DNA from: an uncultured delta proteobacterium | GTDB lineage: Bacteria; Myxococcota_A; Polyangia; Haliangiales; Haliangiaceae | Reading direction: 5' to 3' | NCBI GenBank assembly: GCA_963848295.1 | Contig: CAWKDB010000010.1 | Location: 3,200,001 to 3,264,000 of the forward strand | Length of the DNA stretch: 64,000 bases | Part shown: positions 43,822 through 53,121 of the stretch, piece after piece | Position numbering within the stretch: position 1 is the stretch's first letter | Layout of the letters: each line of letters starts with the position of its first letter | Program-made: the position numbers and the translations under genes | Notes under the pieces: model-generated | The model's database searches: none | What the model was told of the DNA's origin: nothing | What the model saw: only the letters and a program-made list of their open reading frames with translations

Positions 43822-44385
43822 TTACTGGACTTGTTTCCATCGGTAGCAGCTCGTTAGGTGATCGTTAACGAGGCCGCACGCCTGCATGTGCGCGTACATG
43901 ATCGTCGAGCCGGCGAACTTGAAGCCGCGGCGCTTGAGCTCGGCAGCGAGCGCGTCCGAGGCGTCGGAGCGCGGGGGCAGCTGCTTGGTCTCGGTCCAGT
44001 TGTTGACCACGGGTTTGCCGCCGACGAACGACCAGATGAACTTGTCGAACGAGCCGTACTCCTTTTGGATCGCGAGAAACAACTTCGCGTTGGACACCGC
44101 GGCGCTGACTTTTAGCCGATTGCGCACGATGCCCGGATCGTGCAGCACCTTGGCGATCTGTTTCGGCGTGAATCGCGCGACCTTCACCGGATCGAACCCG
44201 GCAAAGTTCTTGCGATAGCCCTCGCGCTTGTTGAGGATCGTCGACCACGACAACCCGGCTTGCGCCCCCTCGAGGATCAAGAACTCGAAGTGGCGGCGGT
44301 CGTCGTGCACCGGCACACCCCATTCATCGTCGTGGTACGCCCACATCGCTTCGCTCGTCGCCCAGGCACAACGCGTCTTCGCCAC
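43822..44385 (-). CDS. tag: DNA-3-methyladenine glycosylase I
   Basis: RCAW, YHDDEWG, LEGAQAGLSW, IVRNRLK, MQACGLVNDH...C. Confidence 0.95.
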   Translation of the reverse strand: MAKTRCAWATSEAMWAYHDDEWGVPVHDDRRHFEFLILEGAQAGLSWSTILNKREGYRKNFAGFDPVKVARFTPKQIAKVLHDPGIVRNRLKVSAAVSNAKLFLAIQKEYGSFDKFIWSFVGGKPVVNNWTETKQLPPRSDASDALAAELKRRGFKFAGSTIMYAHMQACGLVNDHLTSCYRWKQVQ

Positions 44386-44406
44386 GGCGCGACTCTAGCA
44401 GCTGGT

Positions 44407-44940
44407 TCAGCGTCCGCTCACGCTGCTAGCTGCACGACGCTCGCGCTCGCGCTCGCGGGGGTCCCAGATCCTCGCTTCTTTCACCTTCACCGTGCAGGTC
44501 GCACGCAGCGGCACGCCTGAAGAGCTGAACATCGTGTACTTCGTCGAGACCGACTCGATGACGCAGCGGAATGGTTTCATTCCTTGAATGCCCCACGCGA
44601 CCACGCACAGCGGCGGCGCGCGCAGCACCTCGTCGCTCGAGGTCGGATCGGTCGGCGTCGCGAGCGACTCGAGCGCCTCGATCATTGGCTCGATCGACGT
44701 GTTGTGCTCGTAGGTGTCGAACAGCAGCGCGAGTGTCATCGTCCGCGGCTCCGCGCCGGTGTATTCCAGCGCGAGCGGCCCGGTGCCCTGGCCTTTCGTG
44801 CCGACGCCGCCATGCGTCGTCCACTTCACCGGCTTGTCCCGCTGGAGGTCCGCCGGGTTGTACTGCGCCTCGATGGACAGAGCGCCGTCGACCGCGCCGA
44901 TCATCAACCGCTCCTGCGCATGCCCAAAAGGAATTGCCAT
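44407..44940 (-). CDS. Contractile-injection-system tube/tube-initiator domain protein
   Basis: AQYNP, LEYTG, LLFDTYE, PPLCVVAWG, VIESVSTKYTMF...GVPLRATCTVKVKE. Confidence 0.8.
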   Translation of the reverse strand: MAIPFGHAQERLMIGAVDGALSIEAQYNPADLQRDKPVKWTTHGGVGTKGQGTGPLALEYTGAEPRTMTLALLFDTYEHNTSIEPMIEALESLATPTDPTSSDEVLRAPPLCVVAWGIQGMKPFRCVIESVSTKYTMFSSSGVPLRATCTVKVKEARIWDPRERERERRAASSVSGR

Positions 44941-44983
44941 GCGCCACGTATCGGCACATGGCCCGCCCCGGTTGCGCAGAAAC

Positions 44984-45072
44984 GGGGACGGTGTTCACTT
45001 TGACAACCGCGACTCAGAGAGGGAACTAACGAAAACAGGCGCTTAACTGGGGACGGTGTTCACTTTGACAAC
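44984..45072 (+). repeat. Repeat doublet C (subtype II); period 65 bp
   Basis: ggggacggtgttcactttgacaac identical at 44984 and 45049. Confidence 0.92.
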
Positions 45073-46442
45073 TGCGCACGCCGGCGCCGCCGTCGGCCGA
45101 CGACGAGCAGCGCCGCCATCGAGACGAGCGCGAGCGCATCGGGATCGCCACCTGCCTCGCAGCCGTGGTGATGCGCGGGCGGCTGGTCAGAGCCCGAGCC
45201 ATCGGGGTCGTCGAGCCGGGTGAGGCGAACCGCGTCGAACACGAGCTGTGCCATCTCCGCGCTCGGCTCACCGGTGTTGTCACCGAGATGGATCCATTGC
45301 TCGCCGCCGGCCGCGAAGTCGAACGTGCCGAGGGACTGCCAGCCGTCGACTGCGCTCTGATCGAGCACGACGTCTTGATCCGCGGCCGCGCCCGAGTGCA
45401 CGACGTACTTCGCTTGATGGGACGTCGCGTACGCCTGCGCGGTGTACACGTCGACTTGGTATGTGCCATCGCCGGTAAAATAGAGGTTCCACTGCGCGAA
45501 GTTCGCCTCGGTCGCCGCGTCGGTCGCGTGGGTCCAGATCAAGTCGCCTTGTTCACCCGCATCGGTGACGTGGCGCAGGTATGCCGGCGGGCCACCCGCC
45601 ACGAAGCACGCATCGCCGTCGTCGATCTCGAAGCTGTCGCCGATCTCGCCGCACGGTGGGCAATCCATCGGGCAGGAATCGCTGTCCTCGCTGCCGCTGC
45701 ACGTGCCGTCGCCGCACGTGCCGGCCATCGTGAACGTCATGAGATCCGCGAGCGTTCCGTCGAACACGTCGAGGTCGTGATCCGCGGTGCCGGCGACCCC
45801 ATCGACCGTGCCGGTATCGGTGTCTTGCCAGAACAGCCATTGCGTCCACGGATCGGGGATGTCCGGGCACGCCGCCGACGTGTACTGCGCGATCCACAGC
45901 GGCGAGGTTGTCACGTCGTAACCGCCGGTCAGCGTCGGCCACGAATACAGACCCGCATAGACGATCGGCGGCCGACCGATCGCAGCGGCGATGTGATCGA
46001 TCCACAGCTGGACCTGAGCGTCGACTTGCGCGGTGGTCAGCCCACCCGAGACTTCGAGATCGAGCACCGGCGGCAAGTCCCCGGGCTGTGGCGGGCCCAT
46101 CGCGGTGAGCAACAAGTCGGCTTGCGCGACCGCGTCCTCGGCCGGACGAAAGTATTGATAAGCGCCGCGGATGACGCCGGCGGCGCGCGCGGCGGGCCAG
46201 TACGTCGCGAACATCGGATCGGGATACTGCGTGCCGTCGCTGACTCGAATGAACGCGAAGTCGATCCCGGCGGCGTTCGCGGTGTCCCAATCGATCGCCG
46301 ATTCGTACGACGACACGTCCATCCCCGCGACGGTCGGGCCCGAGGCGCAAACAGTCGCGGCGGCGCTCGTCGCGGATTCGGGCTCGGGCTGTGCGCACGC
46401 AGCGACGGCGAGGAGTACGAGCGTGTAACACCGACGCAACAC
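45060..46442 (-). CDS. GH25 muramidase lipoprotein with an extra beta-sandwich domain and a MYXO-CTERM-like tail
   Basis: GMDVSSY, FAFIRVSDG, GAYQYF, VLDLE, FWQ, DLDVF; C-terminal GWQSLGTFDF...DAVRL; GC + TM + Arg tail; stop codon lies inside repeat C2. Confidence 0.88.
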   Translation of the reverse strand: MLRRCYTLVLLAVAACAQPEPESATSAAATVCASGPTVAGMDVSSYESAIDWDTANAAGIDFAFIRVSDGTQYPDPMFATYWPAARAAGVIRGAYQYFRPAEDAVAQADLLLTAMGPPQPGDLPPVLDLEVSGGLTTAQVDAQVQLWIDHIAAAIGRPPIVYAGLYSWPTLTGGYDVTTSPLWIAQYTSAACPDIPDPWTQWLFWQDTDTGTVDGVAGTADHDLDVFDGTLADLMTFTMAGTCGDGTCSGSEDSDSCPMDCPPCGEIGDSFEIDDGDACFVAGGPPAYLRHVTDAGEQGDLIWTHATDAATEANFAQWNLYFTGDGTYQVDVYTAQAYATSHQAKYVVHSGAAADQDVVLDQSAVDGWQSLGTFDFAAGGEQWIHLGDNTGEPSAEMAQLVFDAVRLTRLDDPDGSGSDQPPAHHHGCEAGGDPDALALVSMAALLVVGRRRRRRAQLSK

Positions 46443-46560
46443 GGCGCGCACGATACGCCGAGCCGTCTGAATCTGCATCAAGAAAATGGTCGGACCTTTA
46501 CGTGATCGATTTCACGCAACCACACGGTGACTTGGGCCGATAGGGCCCGCGGAGGTCACC

Positions 46561-46785
46561 ATGTACATCGTCCTTGTTCTCGCCATCGCTTGTTGGGGAG
46601 GTTTCACATCGGCCGCGATTGCCCACAGCCGCAAGCACGCTCAGCTCTACTGGTTCGTGCTCGGGTTTGGCTTCCCGCTCCCCGCGGTCCTGTTCGCGTA
46701 CAGCTGGATCCCGCGCCTGCCGCCGATCCAATTGGCCTGGGCGCCGATCGACTTCACGCAACCGAGCCAGGCCTTCGGCCGATAG
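46561..46785 (+). CDS. Small membrane protein, tandem paralog 1
   Basis: GGAGG RBS; two hydrophobic segments; AAIAHSRK...WFVLG. Confidence 0.7.
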   Translation: MYIVLVLAIACWGGFTSAAIAHSRKHAQLYWFVLGFGFPLPAVLFAYSWIPRLPPIQLAWAPIDFTQPSQAFGR

Positions 46786-46802
46786 ACAACGCGGAGGTCA
46801 TC

Positions 46803-47033
46803 ATGCTCGTCGTTCTCATCTTTGTCGTTTTTCTGGGAGCCTGCTTGTCGGCCGTGATCGCTGGCGGGAAGAACCGCAGTGGGATCGGTTGGTTCTTCAT
46901 CGGCATGCTGTTCCCGCTGCTCGGCGTGATCCTCGCGATCGTGTTGCCGCCGAACCCGCCGGCAGAAGTCGCTTCGCATTTGACCGACGCTTGGGGGCAG
47001 CCGCTCAACTGGTGGAACATCGACGCGAAGTAG
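46803..47033 (+). CDS. Small membrane protein, tandem paralog 2
   Basis: GGAGG RBS; AVIAGGKNRSGIGWFFIG...P. Confidence 0.75.
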   Translation: MLVVLIFVVFLGACLSAVIAGGKNRSGIGWFFIGMLFPLLGVILAIVLPPNPPAEVASHLTDAWGQPLNWWNIDAK

Positions 47034-47382
47034 TCGACCGTCCAATAGCTCGGGCACATGTGCGCTCGTGCCCGGTTCGCGTATGCGACTTCGGATGAGT
47101 CTTCATGCCGGCGATCGACGGCGCATCACTCGCACCATGACGACTCATCAAGGCCATGAACCTCGCATTCGCGAGCGTGCTCGTCATCGCGGTCGCCAGC
47201 TGCGGACATCGCGAGCGCGCGCCGGCGCCCGGTAGCGGCAGCGCGACGCCCGCCGCATCCGTCGTCGAGGATCCGACGACGCCGAGCCCACCTACCGTCA
47301 ACATCGCATCGACTCTGGCAGTCGACGCCGGCTTCGACGCGTTGCCGGGTCCAGCCACGGTCATCATCGCGCCCACCGCTAG

Positions 47383-49019
47383 CCCGGATCATTCGCGAAG
47401 GGAGCGCGCCGCGAGGAGCGCATCGCCGGAATTTCGGTGCCGGTACGCAGGTTTCGCTGTTTGTGAAGACAAACGAATTTGCCCACGCACCGACGACACC
47501 GTGTATTCCACCGATCGAGCTTCAGTTCCAGCGCCGCCGCGCGATTCTGAGCGCTGACGCCGAACAGGTGTCCTCCGATGGCGGCGTCGTGCTGCTGCGC
47601 AAGCTCGACGAGCGGTTGGAGCTGACGACGCGTCTGACAGCGTTACTCGGCGATCGGCGCGACTCAGCTCGAGTTCGGCATTCGCGCCTCGAGCAAGTCC
47701 GGCAGCGCGTCTATCAGATCTGCCTCGGCTACGAGGACTGCAACGATGCGGACTGGTTGCGCCACGATCCGGCACTTCGCCTGGCGTGCGACGCCGAAGA
47801 TCACGCGATGTCATCGCAGCCGACGCTGTCGCGGTTCGAAAACGCGATCACCGGTCGCGAGCTCAATCGGCTGACTCGCGCCTACGAGCAGGTCTACGTC
47901 GACGAACTCGTATCGACGACCGACCTGATCGTTCTGGACATCGACTCCACCGATGACCAGACCCACGGCAACCAGGAGCTCATGTGTTTCCACGGCTTCT
48001 ACGACCAGCACATGCTTCACCCGCTGCTCGTGTTCGACGCCCTGAGTGGGCAGCTGATCACCGCCTTGCTCCGGCCCGGGCGTGCGCACGCCGCCAAGGG
48101 TGCGATCACGATCCTCACGCGGCTGATTCGAGCCATTCGCCGACGGTGCCCCCACGCAAGCATCCTGGTGCGCGGTGACTCCGCGTTTGCGATGCCCAAG
48201 CTCCTCGATCGCCTCGAGCAGCTTGACGCCGAGCTCGGCGACGTCGAGTACGTGATCGGTGTCGCGAAGAATTCGCGGCTGCTGGAGTTTGCCAAGCCGC
48301 TGCGGTCCTCCGTCGAGGAGGAATTCCTCGACGGCAAGCGATTCGTTCGCCGCTTCACTTGGCTGTCGTACGCCTCGAAGTCCTGGCCCGCCGAGCGTCA
48401 CGTGATCTGCAAGGTCGAGCACAGCGAGCGCGGCGAGAATCCGCGATTCGTGGTGACCACGCTCGACGAGTTCTCCCCAGGTCTCATCTATGACGTCGCC
48501 TACTGCGCACGCGGGCAGTCGGAGAACTTCATCAAGGACCTCAAGAACGCGCTCCACGCCGATCGTCTGTCGTGTCACCGCTTCGTCGCCAACGCCTTCC
48601 GTCTCTTGCTGCACGCCATCGCCTACCGCTTGATGCATGCGTTGCGTGCCACCGTCGCGCGCGTCGCCCCTGCCACCGAGTATGTCTCCACCGATCGCGT
48701 TCGGCTCGCAACCGCCCAGATGGACACTCTTCGCTTGCGGCTACTCAAGGTCGCGGCTCACGTCACGGCATCCGTCCGCCGCGTCCTCGTCCGCCTGCCG
48801 CGAGCCTTCCCGCTCGCCCACATCTTCTTCGCCGTGGCGCGCGACCTCGGCGTCACGTAGTCGGCGATTCTTTGACAACCAGTGCGCCGCCTCCCGGATC
48901 GCCGACCGTTGCGGCGTGGCGCCGCGGCAACGATGCGAGCTCGCGACGTACCCTGACCGTGCGCGAGGCGGCTCCGCCGCCAAGCGCCGGTCAGCTGGAG
49001 CCATCACGAATGATCCGGG
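47383..49019 (+). mobile_element. IS1380-family insertion sequence (1637 bp)
   Basis: IRL cccggatcattcgcgaagg / IRR reverse complement cccggatcattcgtgatgg; CTAG duplicated at 47379-47382 and 49020-49023. Confidence 0.93.
47463..48860 (+). CDS. IS1380-family DDE transposase
   Basis: SSDGG, GYEDCNDA, SQPTLSRFEN, LDIDST, VRGDS, YCARGQSENFIKDLK. Confidence 0.95.
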   Translation: MKTNEFAHAPTTPCIPPIELQFQRRRAILSADAEQVSSDGGVVLLRKLDERLELTTRLTALLGDRRDSARVRHSRLEQVRQRVYQICLGYEDCNDADWLRHDPALRLACDAEDHAMSSQPTLSRFENAITGRELNRLTRAYEQVYVDELVSTTDLIVLDIDSTDDQTHGNQELMCFHGFYDQHMLHPLLVFDALSGQLITALLRPGRAHAAKGAITILTRLIRAIRRRCPHASILVRGDSAFAMPKLLDRLEQLDAELGDVEYVIGVAKNSRLLEFAKPLRSSVEEEFLDGKRFVRRFTWLSYASKSWPAERHVICKVEHSERGENPRFVVTTLDEFSPGLIYDVAYCARGQSENFIKDLKNALHADRLSCHRFVANAFRLLLHAIAYRLMHALRATVARVAPATEYVSTDRVRLATAQMDTLRLRLLKVAAHVTASVRRVLVRLPRAFPLAHIFFAVARDLGVT

Positions 49020-49144
49020 CTAGGTCGGTCGACGCCGCCCTCGACGGTGGACCTGCGGCTGGAGCCGTCAACGGCACCACGAACGGCACGCCGACGCCCG
49101 ACGCGTTCTAGCGCCGGAACGGGTCGGTCGGTGCGTCACGCCGG

Positions 49145-50488
49145 CTACGCCTTAGCCGCGGCGCGCTTCTTCGACGCCGGCTTCGCGCCGGATTTCTCGG
49201 CCTGCGTCGCCGCCTGCACCGGCCAAAATCCGACGACGAGCGCCGGGATCAGGGGCCACAGCAGCTCGGCCATCAGCGGCTGCTTGAACACGCCGATCAG
49301 CATGAGCAGGCCTTGCAGGACGAGCATCGCGACCCGGCCTCGCGCGTACAGCCGGCGCTTCTCGGGGCCCAGCACGAGGAGCAAGAAGTCGAACGGGAAG
49401 AACAGCAGGATGCTCTCGTTGATGTGGACGTATGGCAGCGGGCTGATCACCGCGAGGAACAACAAGATGCTGCCGAGCAACACGTACGGGATCACCGCGA
49501 CCGCCAGCGCCGTGCGCTGGAACCGACCGAATCGGCGCGACAGCACGACCGGAGCGGTGATCACCAGCGCGAACAACGCGAACAACACGCGACCGCTGTT
49601 CTCGGGAGTCCACGGCAGGCCGCGCTCGATGCACCCGGCCTCGGTGCTGTTGACACACTCGCGCCGCGTGTAGAACGCGCGCGGTTGGATGTGCCACTTC
49701 TTCGCGACCGCCTCGCGCAGGTATTGCGGCAGGAACATGCGCTCGTAGTACGTCGGCACGCGGTCGGTGCTGCGGCCCATCGCGATGTCGGTGATGAGCA
49801 GCGGAATGCGCATGCCGTAGAAGCCTTCGCGCGCCAGGTCGCGAAACGTCTTGCCGTCGGTCGGCTCGGTCATCCGCGACAGCTCGCCATGGGTGACGTC
49901 ATCGAGGATGTTGCGGACGCGCGTCGTGCAGTTGTCCTCGAAGTGATCGTAGGCGTAGTACTTGTTCTCTTCTTTGATGTCGAACTTGAGCTTGTCGACG
50001 ACCTTCCACGCCTGCTCGTCGCTGAGGTTGGTCAGCGGCTGGATCCAGATCGTTCGATCGGCGTTCTTGTAGACCCACAGCAGCTCCTCCGGCGACATCT
50101 CGGCGACCCAGAAGCTGTGCGTGCCGCGGAAGAATCCGGCGGCCATCGCCAGCGGATGCTCGAAGCTCGCGACGCCGTAGTTGTAGCAATCCTGGCGGTG
50201 GTCGGTGTACTCGACGCACAGCGCGATGTGGCCGTGGCGCTCCCAGATCTTCGAGCCGACTCCCATCGTGACCAGAATGATCTTGGGTCCGGGTCCCCGC
50301 GGCGTCTCGGACGGCGGTGCGCCGGAGCCCGAGCCCGAGCCCGAATCTGATCCGGAACCGGCACCGGCACCGGCCGCGGCAGCGGAACCCGACCCCGATC
50401 CCGCCGTCGCCGCGCGTACTGCGCAGACCGCCGTCACCACCGCAAAGAGCACCGCAGCACTGCGCGCGAACATCGACGTCCGCAGCAT
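49145..50488 (-). CDS. DUF4105/Lnb-like membrane protein
   Basis: GHIAL, YNYG, YAYDHFEDNCTTRVR, FLPQYL; four C-terminal TM helices. Confidence 0.8.
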   Translation of the reverse strand: MLRTSMFARSAAVLFAVVTAVCAVRAATAGSGSGSAAAAGAGAGSGSDSGSGSGSGAPPSETPRGPGPKIILVTMGVGSKIWERHGHIALCVEYTDHRQDCYNYGVASFEHPLAMAAGFFRGTHSFWVAEMSPEELLWVYKNADRTIWIQPLTNLSDEQAWKVVDKLKFDIKEENKYYAYDHFEDNCTTRVRNILDDVTHGELSRMTEPTDGKTFRDLAREGFYGMRIPLLITDIAMGRSTDRVPTYYERMFLPQYLREAVAKKWHIQPRAFYTRRECVNSTEAGCIERGLPWTPENSGRVLFALFALVITAPVVLSRRFGRFQRTALAVAVIPYVLLGSILLFLAVISPLPYVHINESILLFFPFDFLLLVLGPEKRRLYARGRVAMLVLQGLLMLIGVFKQPLMAELLWPLIPALVVGFWPVQAATQAEKSGAKPASKKRAAAKA

Positions 50489-50503
50489 GCCACGCCTGCC
50501 GGG

Positions 50504-51352
50504 TCAGTGCGGGTCGTGTTGCCGCTTCGCGGCGTAGATATCGGCGACGACCGCGTAGTGGTCGGACGGCCACACGCCGTTCGTTCGCCGGTCGAGCGCG
50601 ATCCGCGTCGCGATCGGCTCGCCGCGCAGGTAGCGGTCGGGCCCGCGCGAATAAACGTAGTCGATCCGGCGCGACGGCTCGTGCGAGCGCAGGGCGTAGA
50701 GGTTGTCCCGCGAGTAGGTGTGGCCGAGGCCGAGCTCGGTCGCGAGCCAGCAATCGGCGAAGTACACCGAGATCCCGTCGATCGTCGTTTGGCCGCGTAA
50801 GAACCGCATCTCGTCGGACTCGGGGTCGGCGTTGAAGTCGCCGAGCAACACCGACGGCATGTCCTCGATCGGCGCGAGCTCCTCGACGTGATCGACGAGC
50901 GCGCGGACCTGGGCGCGGCGCGCGGTCGCGAGATGGAGCTGATGCGTCAGGTGCGTCGCGAACACCGGCAGTGCGCCGTGCGTGGTCTCGACCCGAGCGA
51001 ACGCCACGCTGCGCGTATCGAGGCCGGGCGGCGCGGGCAACGGCAGGTTCGCGCAGTCGCGCAACGGGTGCGGCGACAACAGGGCGTTGCCGAACGTCAA
51101 CCCGCCGCCCACCTGCCACGCCGGTGCGTGGTGCACGTTCCAGCCGGTGCCGGCTGCGATCTCGTGCGCCTGACTCGGCATGCCGGTGAAGCCCAAGACC
51201 TCCTGCAGCGCGATCACGTCGGCATCGAGTGCCATCAAGCCCTCGCGGATCAGCGGAAGCCGCTCGGACCACGGCCCTTGGCGGTTCCAGATATTGAACG
51301 TGCAGATGCGCCAGACGTCACTACGTGCCGGAGTTGGGGTCGCGGGAGTCAC
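50504..51352 (-). CDS. Endonuclease/exonuclease/phosphatase family protein
   Basis: TFNIW, LQEV, THL, GDFNA, RIDYV, PSDHYAV. Confidence 0.92.
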   Translation of the reverse strand: MTPATPTPARSDVWRICTFNIWNRQGPWSERLPLIREGLMALDADVIALQEVLGFTGMPSQAHEIAAGTGWNVHHAPAWQVGGGLTFGNALLSPHPLRDCANLPLPAPPGLDTRSVAFARVETTHGALPVFATHLTHQLHLATARRAQVRALVDHVEELAPIEDMPSVLLGDFNADPESDEMRFLRGQTTIDGISVYFADCWLATELGLGHTYSRDNLYALRSHEPSRRIDYVYSRGPDRYLRGEPIATRIALDRRTNGVWPSDHYAVVADIYAAKRQHDPH

Positions 51353-51375
51353 TGCTACTACGATAGACTGTCGAG

Positions 51376-52197
51376 ATGGCGCCGGTCACGCTTGCCGTGG
51401 TTCCGTCCGCCACGCCGGGGGATAGTCGAGTCGCGCTCGATGCGGTTTGCGACGCGCTCGGCGCGATCCTCGGCTCGCCGGTCGTCGCCGCGACGCCGCA
51501 CTCGTACCTGGAGCTCGCCGATGCGATGCAGCGCGACCGCATCCAGTACGCGTGGATGTCGCCGGCGTTGATGGTGCTGACCGAAGAGCGGATCCGGTTG
51601 CGCCCGTTGCTCTCGGCCGTACGCGGCGATCGCACGGATTATTGCTCGGCGCTGTTCGTCGCGGCGGAGCGCTCGCTGCACGAGGTCGTGGACCTGCGCG
51701 GTATGCGAGTGGCTTGGGTCGACCAGGCTTCGGCCTCGGGTTACCTCTACCCGCGGATCGCGCTCGCGGCGCGCGGCCTCGATCCGGACGCGTTCTTCGG
51801 CGAGGAGCTGTTCCTGCGCTCGCACGCCGAGGTCGTGCGTGCGGTGCTCGATGGTCGCGCCGACGTCGGTGCGACCTACGCAGAGCGTCCGGTACCCGGG
51901 CAGCCGATCCGCCGCGCGGGCTTTCTCGACGTCGCCCCCGAGCGCGCGATCCGCGTGCTCGAGTGGACGCGGCCGATCCCGAACGACGTCATCGTCGGCC
52001 ATGGCCTGCTGTCGTTCTCCGAGCACCACGCGTTCGGCGATGCGATGCTCGAGCTGTCGGCGCGCGCGCCCGGCCGCAAGCTGCTGTTCAACGCGTTCCA
52101 CGCGGAGCACTTCGTCACGACGCCGCGCAACGCGCTGCGCCCCCTGTTCGAGCTCGTCCGGTCGGCGCGAGCGAACGGCCTGCTCCGCCAGCTCTGA
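51376..52197 (+). CDS. PhnD-like substrate-binding-fold protein without an evident signal peptide
   Basis: SYLEL, WVDQASASGYLYPR, SHAEVVRAVLDGRADVGATY, PIPND. Confidence 0.82.
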   Translation: MAPVTLAVVPSATPGDSRVALDAVCDALGAILGSPVVAATPHSYLELADAMQRDRIQYAWMSPALMVLTEERIRLRPLLSAVRGDRTDYCSALFVAAERSLHEVVDLRGMRVAWVDQASASGYLYPRIALAARGLDPDAFFGEELFLRSHAEVVRAVLDGRADVGATYAERPVPGQPIRRAGFLDVAPERAIRVLEWTRPIPNDVIVGHGLLSFSEHHAFGDAMLELSARAPGRKLLFNAFHAEHFVTTPRNALRPLFELVRSARANGLLRQL

Positions 52198-52272
52198 ACC
52201 GACTGGATCCCCGCGCCGTTGCCGTGCTGTAATGACCGCCTTCACGTGAGGCGGACGACCAAGGCGCCCCCG

Positions 52273-53043
52273 ATGAGCGCCATCCGGCGGGTGATCGAGG
52301 CGCGCGAGGTGTCGATCGTCTATCAGCCCGTTGTCGATCTGACGACGCGAAAGATCTTCGCGTACGAGGCGCTCGCCCGGTCGAAGTCAGAGGACTTCAA
52401 GGGCCCGCTCGAGCTGTTCGACGCCGCGGTCGCCGAGGGTTGCACCGGCGAGCTCGGGCGCCTGCTGCGCCAGATGTCACTCGAGGGCTGTCCGAGCCAC
52501 ACGCTGTTCATCAACATCCATCCCGCCGAGCTCAACGAGAAGTGGGTCGTCCAGCCCGACGATCCGATCTTCCAGCACTCCGAGGACATCTACCTCGAGA
52601 TCACCGAAGGCGTGCCGCTGTCGCACTTTCGGTTGTGCCAGAGCATGCTCGCGGAGGTTCGCGGTCGCGGCGTTCACCTCGTGGTCGATGACCTCGGTGC
52701 CGGTTACTCGAATCTCAAATACATCGCCGATCTCCATCCGCGCGTCGTCAAGCTCGACCGCGAGCTGGTCGCCGGGCTCGATCGCGGCACGCGGCTGTTC
52801 AAGCTCGTCGCGGCGATCGTGCGGCTGTGCACCGAGCTCGATGCCCGCGTCGTGGCCGAAGGCATCGAGACGGTCGAGGAGCTCGCAGCGGTCGTGGAGG
52901 CCGGCGCGCGCTACGGCCAGGGCTACCTGTTGGCCCGTCCGGCGTTCCCGCCACCGCCCATTTCGTGGCCTCGCGGGGCCACTCGGCGCATGGAAAAGAT
53001 CTCGATCCCGCCCCCGAAGAAGCCCCGAGAGCTATCCAAATAG
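52273..53043 (+). CDS. Stand-alone EAL-domain c-di-GMP phosphodiesterase
   Basis: YQP, YEALAR, FIN, LEITE, DDLGAGYS, KLDR, AEGIE, QGY. Confidence 0.92.
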   Translation: MSAIRRVIEAREVSIVYQPVVDLTTRKIFAYEALARSKSEDFKGPLELFDAAVAEGCTGELGRLLRQMSLEGCPSHTLFINIHPAELNEKWVVQPDDPIFQHSEDIYLEITEGVPLSHFRLCQSMLAEVRGRGVHLVVDDLGAGYSNLKYIADLHPRVVKLDRELVAGLDRGTRLFKLVAAIVRLCTELDARVVAEGIETVEELAAVVEAGARYGQGYLLARPAFPPPPISWPRGATRRMEKISIPPPKKPRELSK

Positions 53044-53121
53044 CTGTAGTTATTACGAAAGTCTGTTCGCCGCACGTGGATCTTGCGCGATGTCAGACCG
53101 CCGGGGCAGGGTATCCGTCCC

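Larger units (their letters stand above)
47156..49111 (+). pseudogene. Small lipoprotein gene interrupted by the IS1380 element
   Basis: Removing the IS and one CTAG rejoins ...VIIAPTA-RSVDAALDGG...PDAF* in frame (104 aa); lipobox VASC. Confidence 0.7.
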
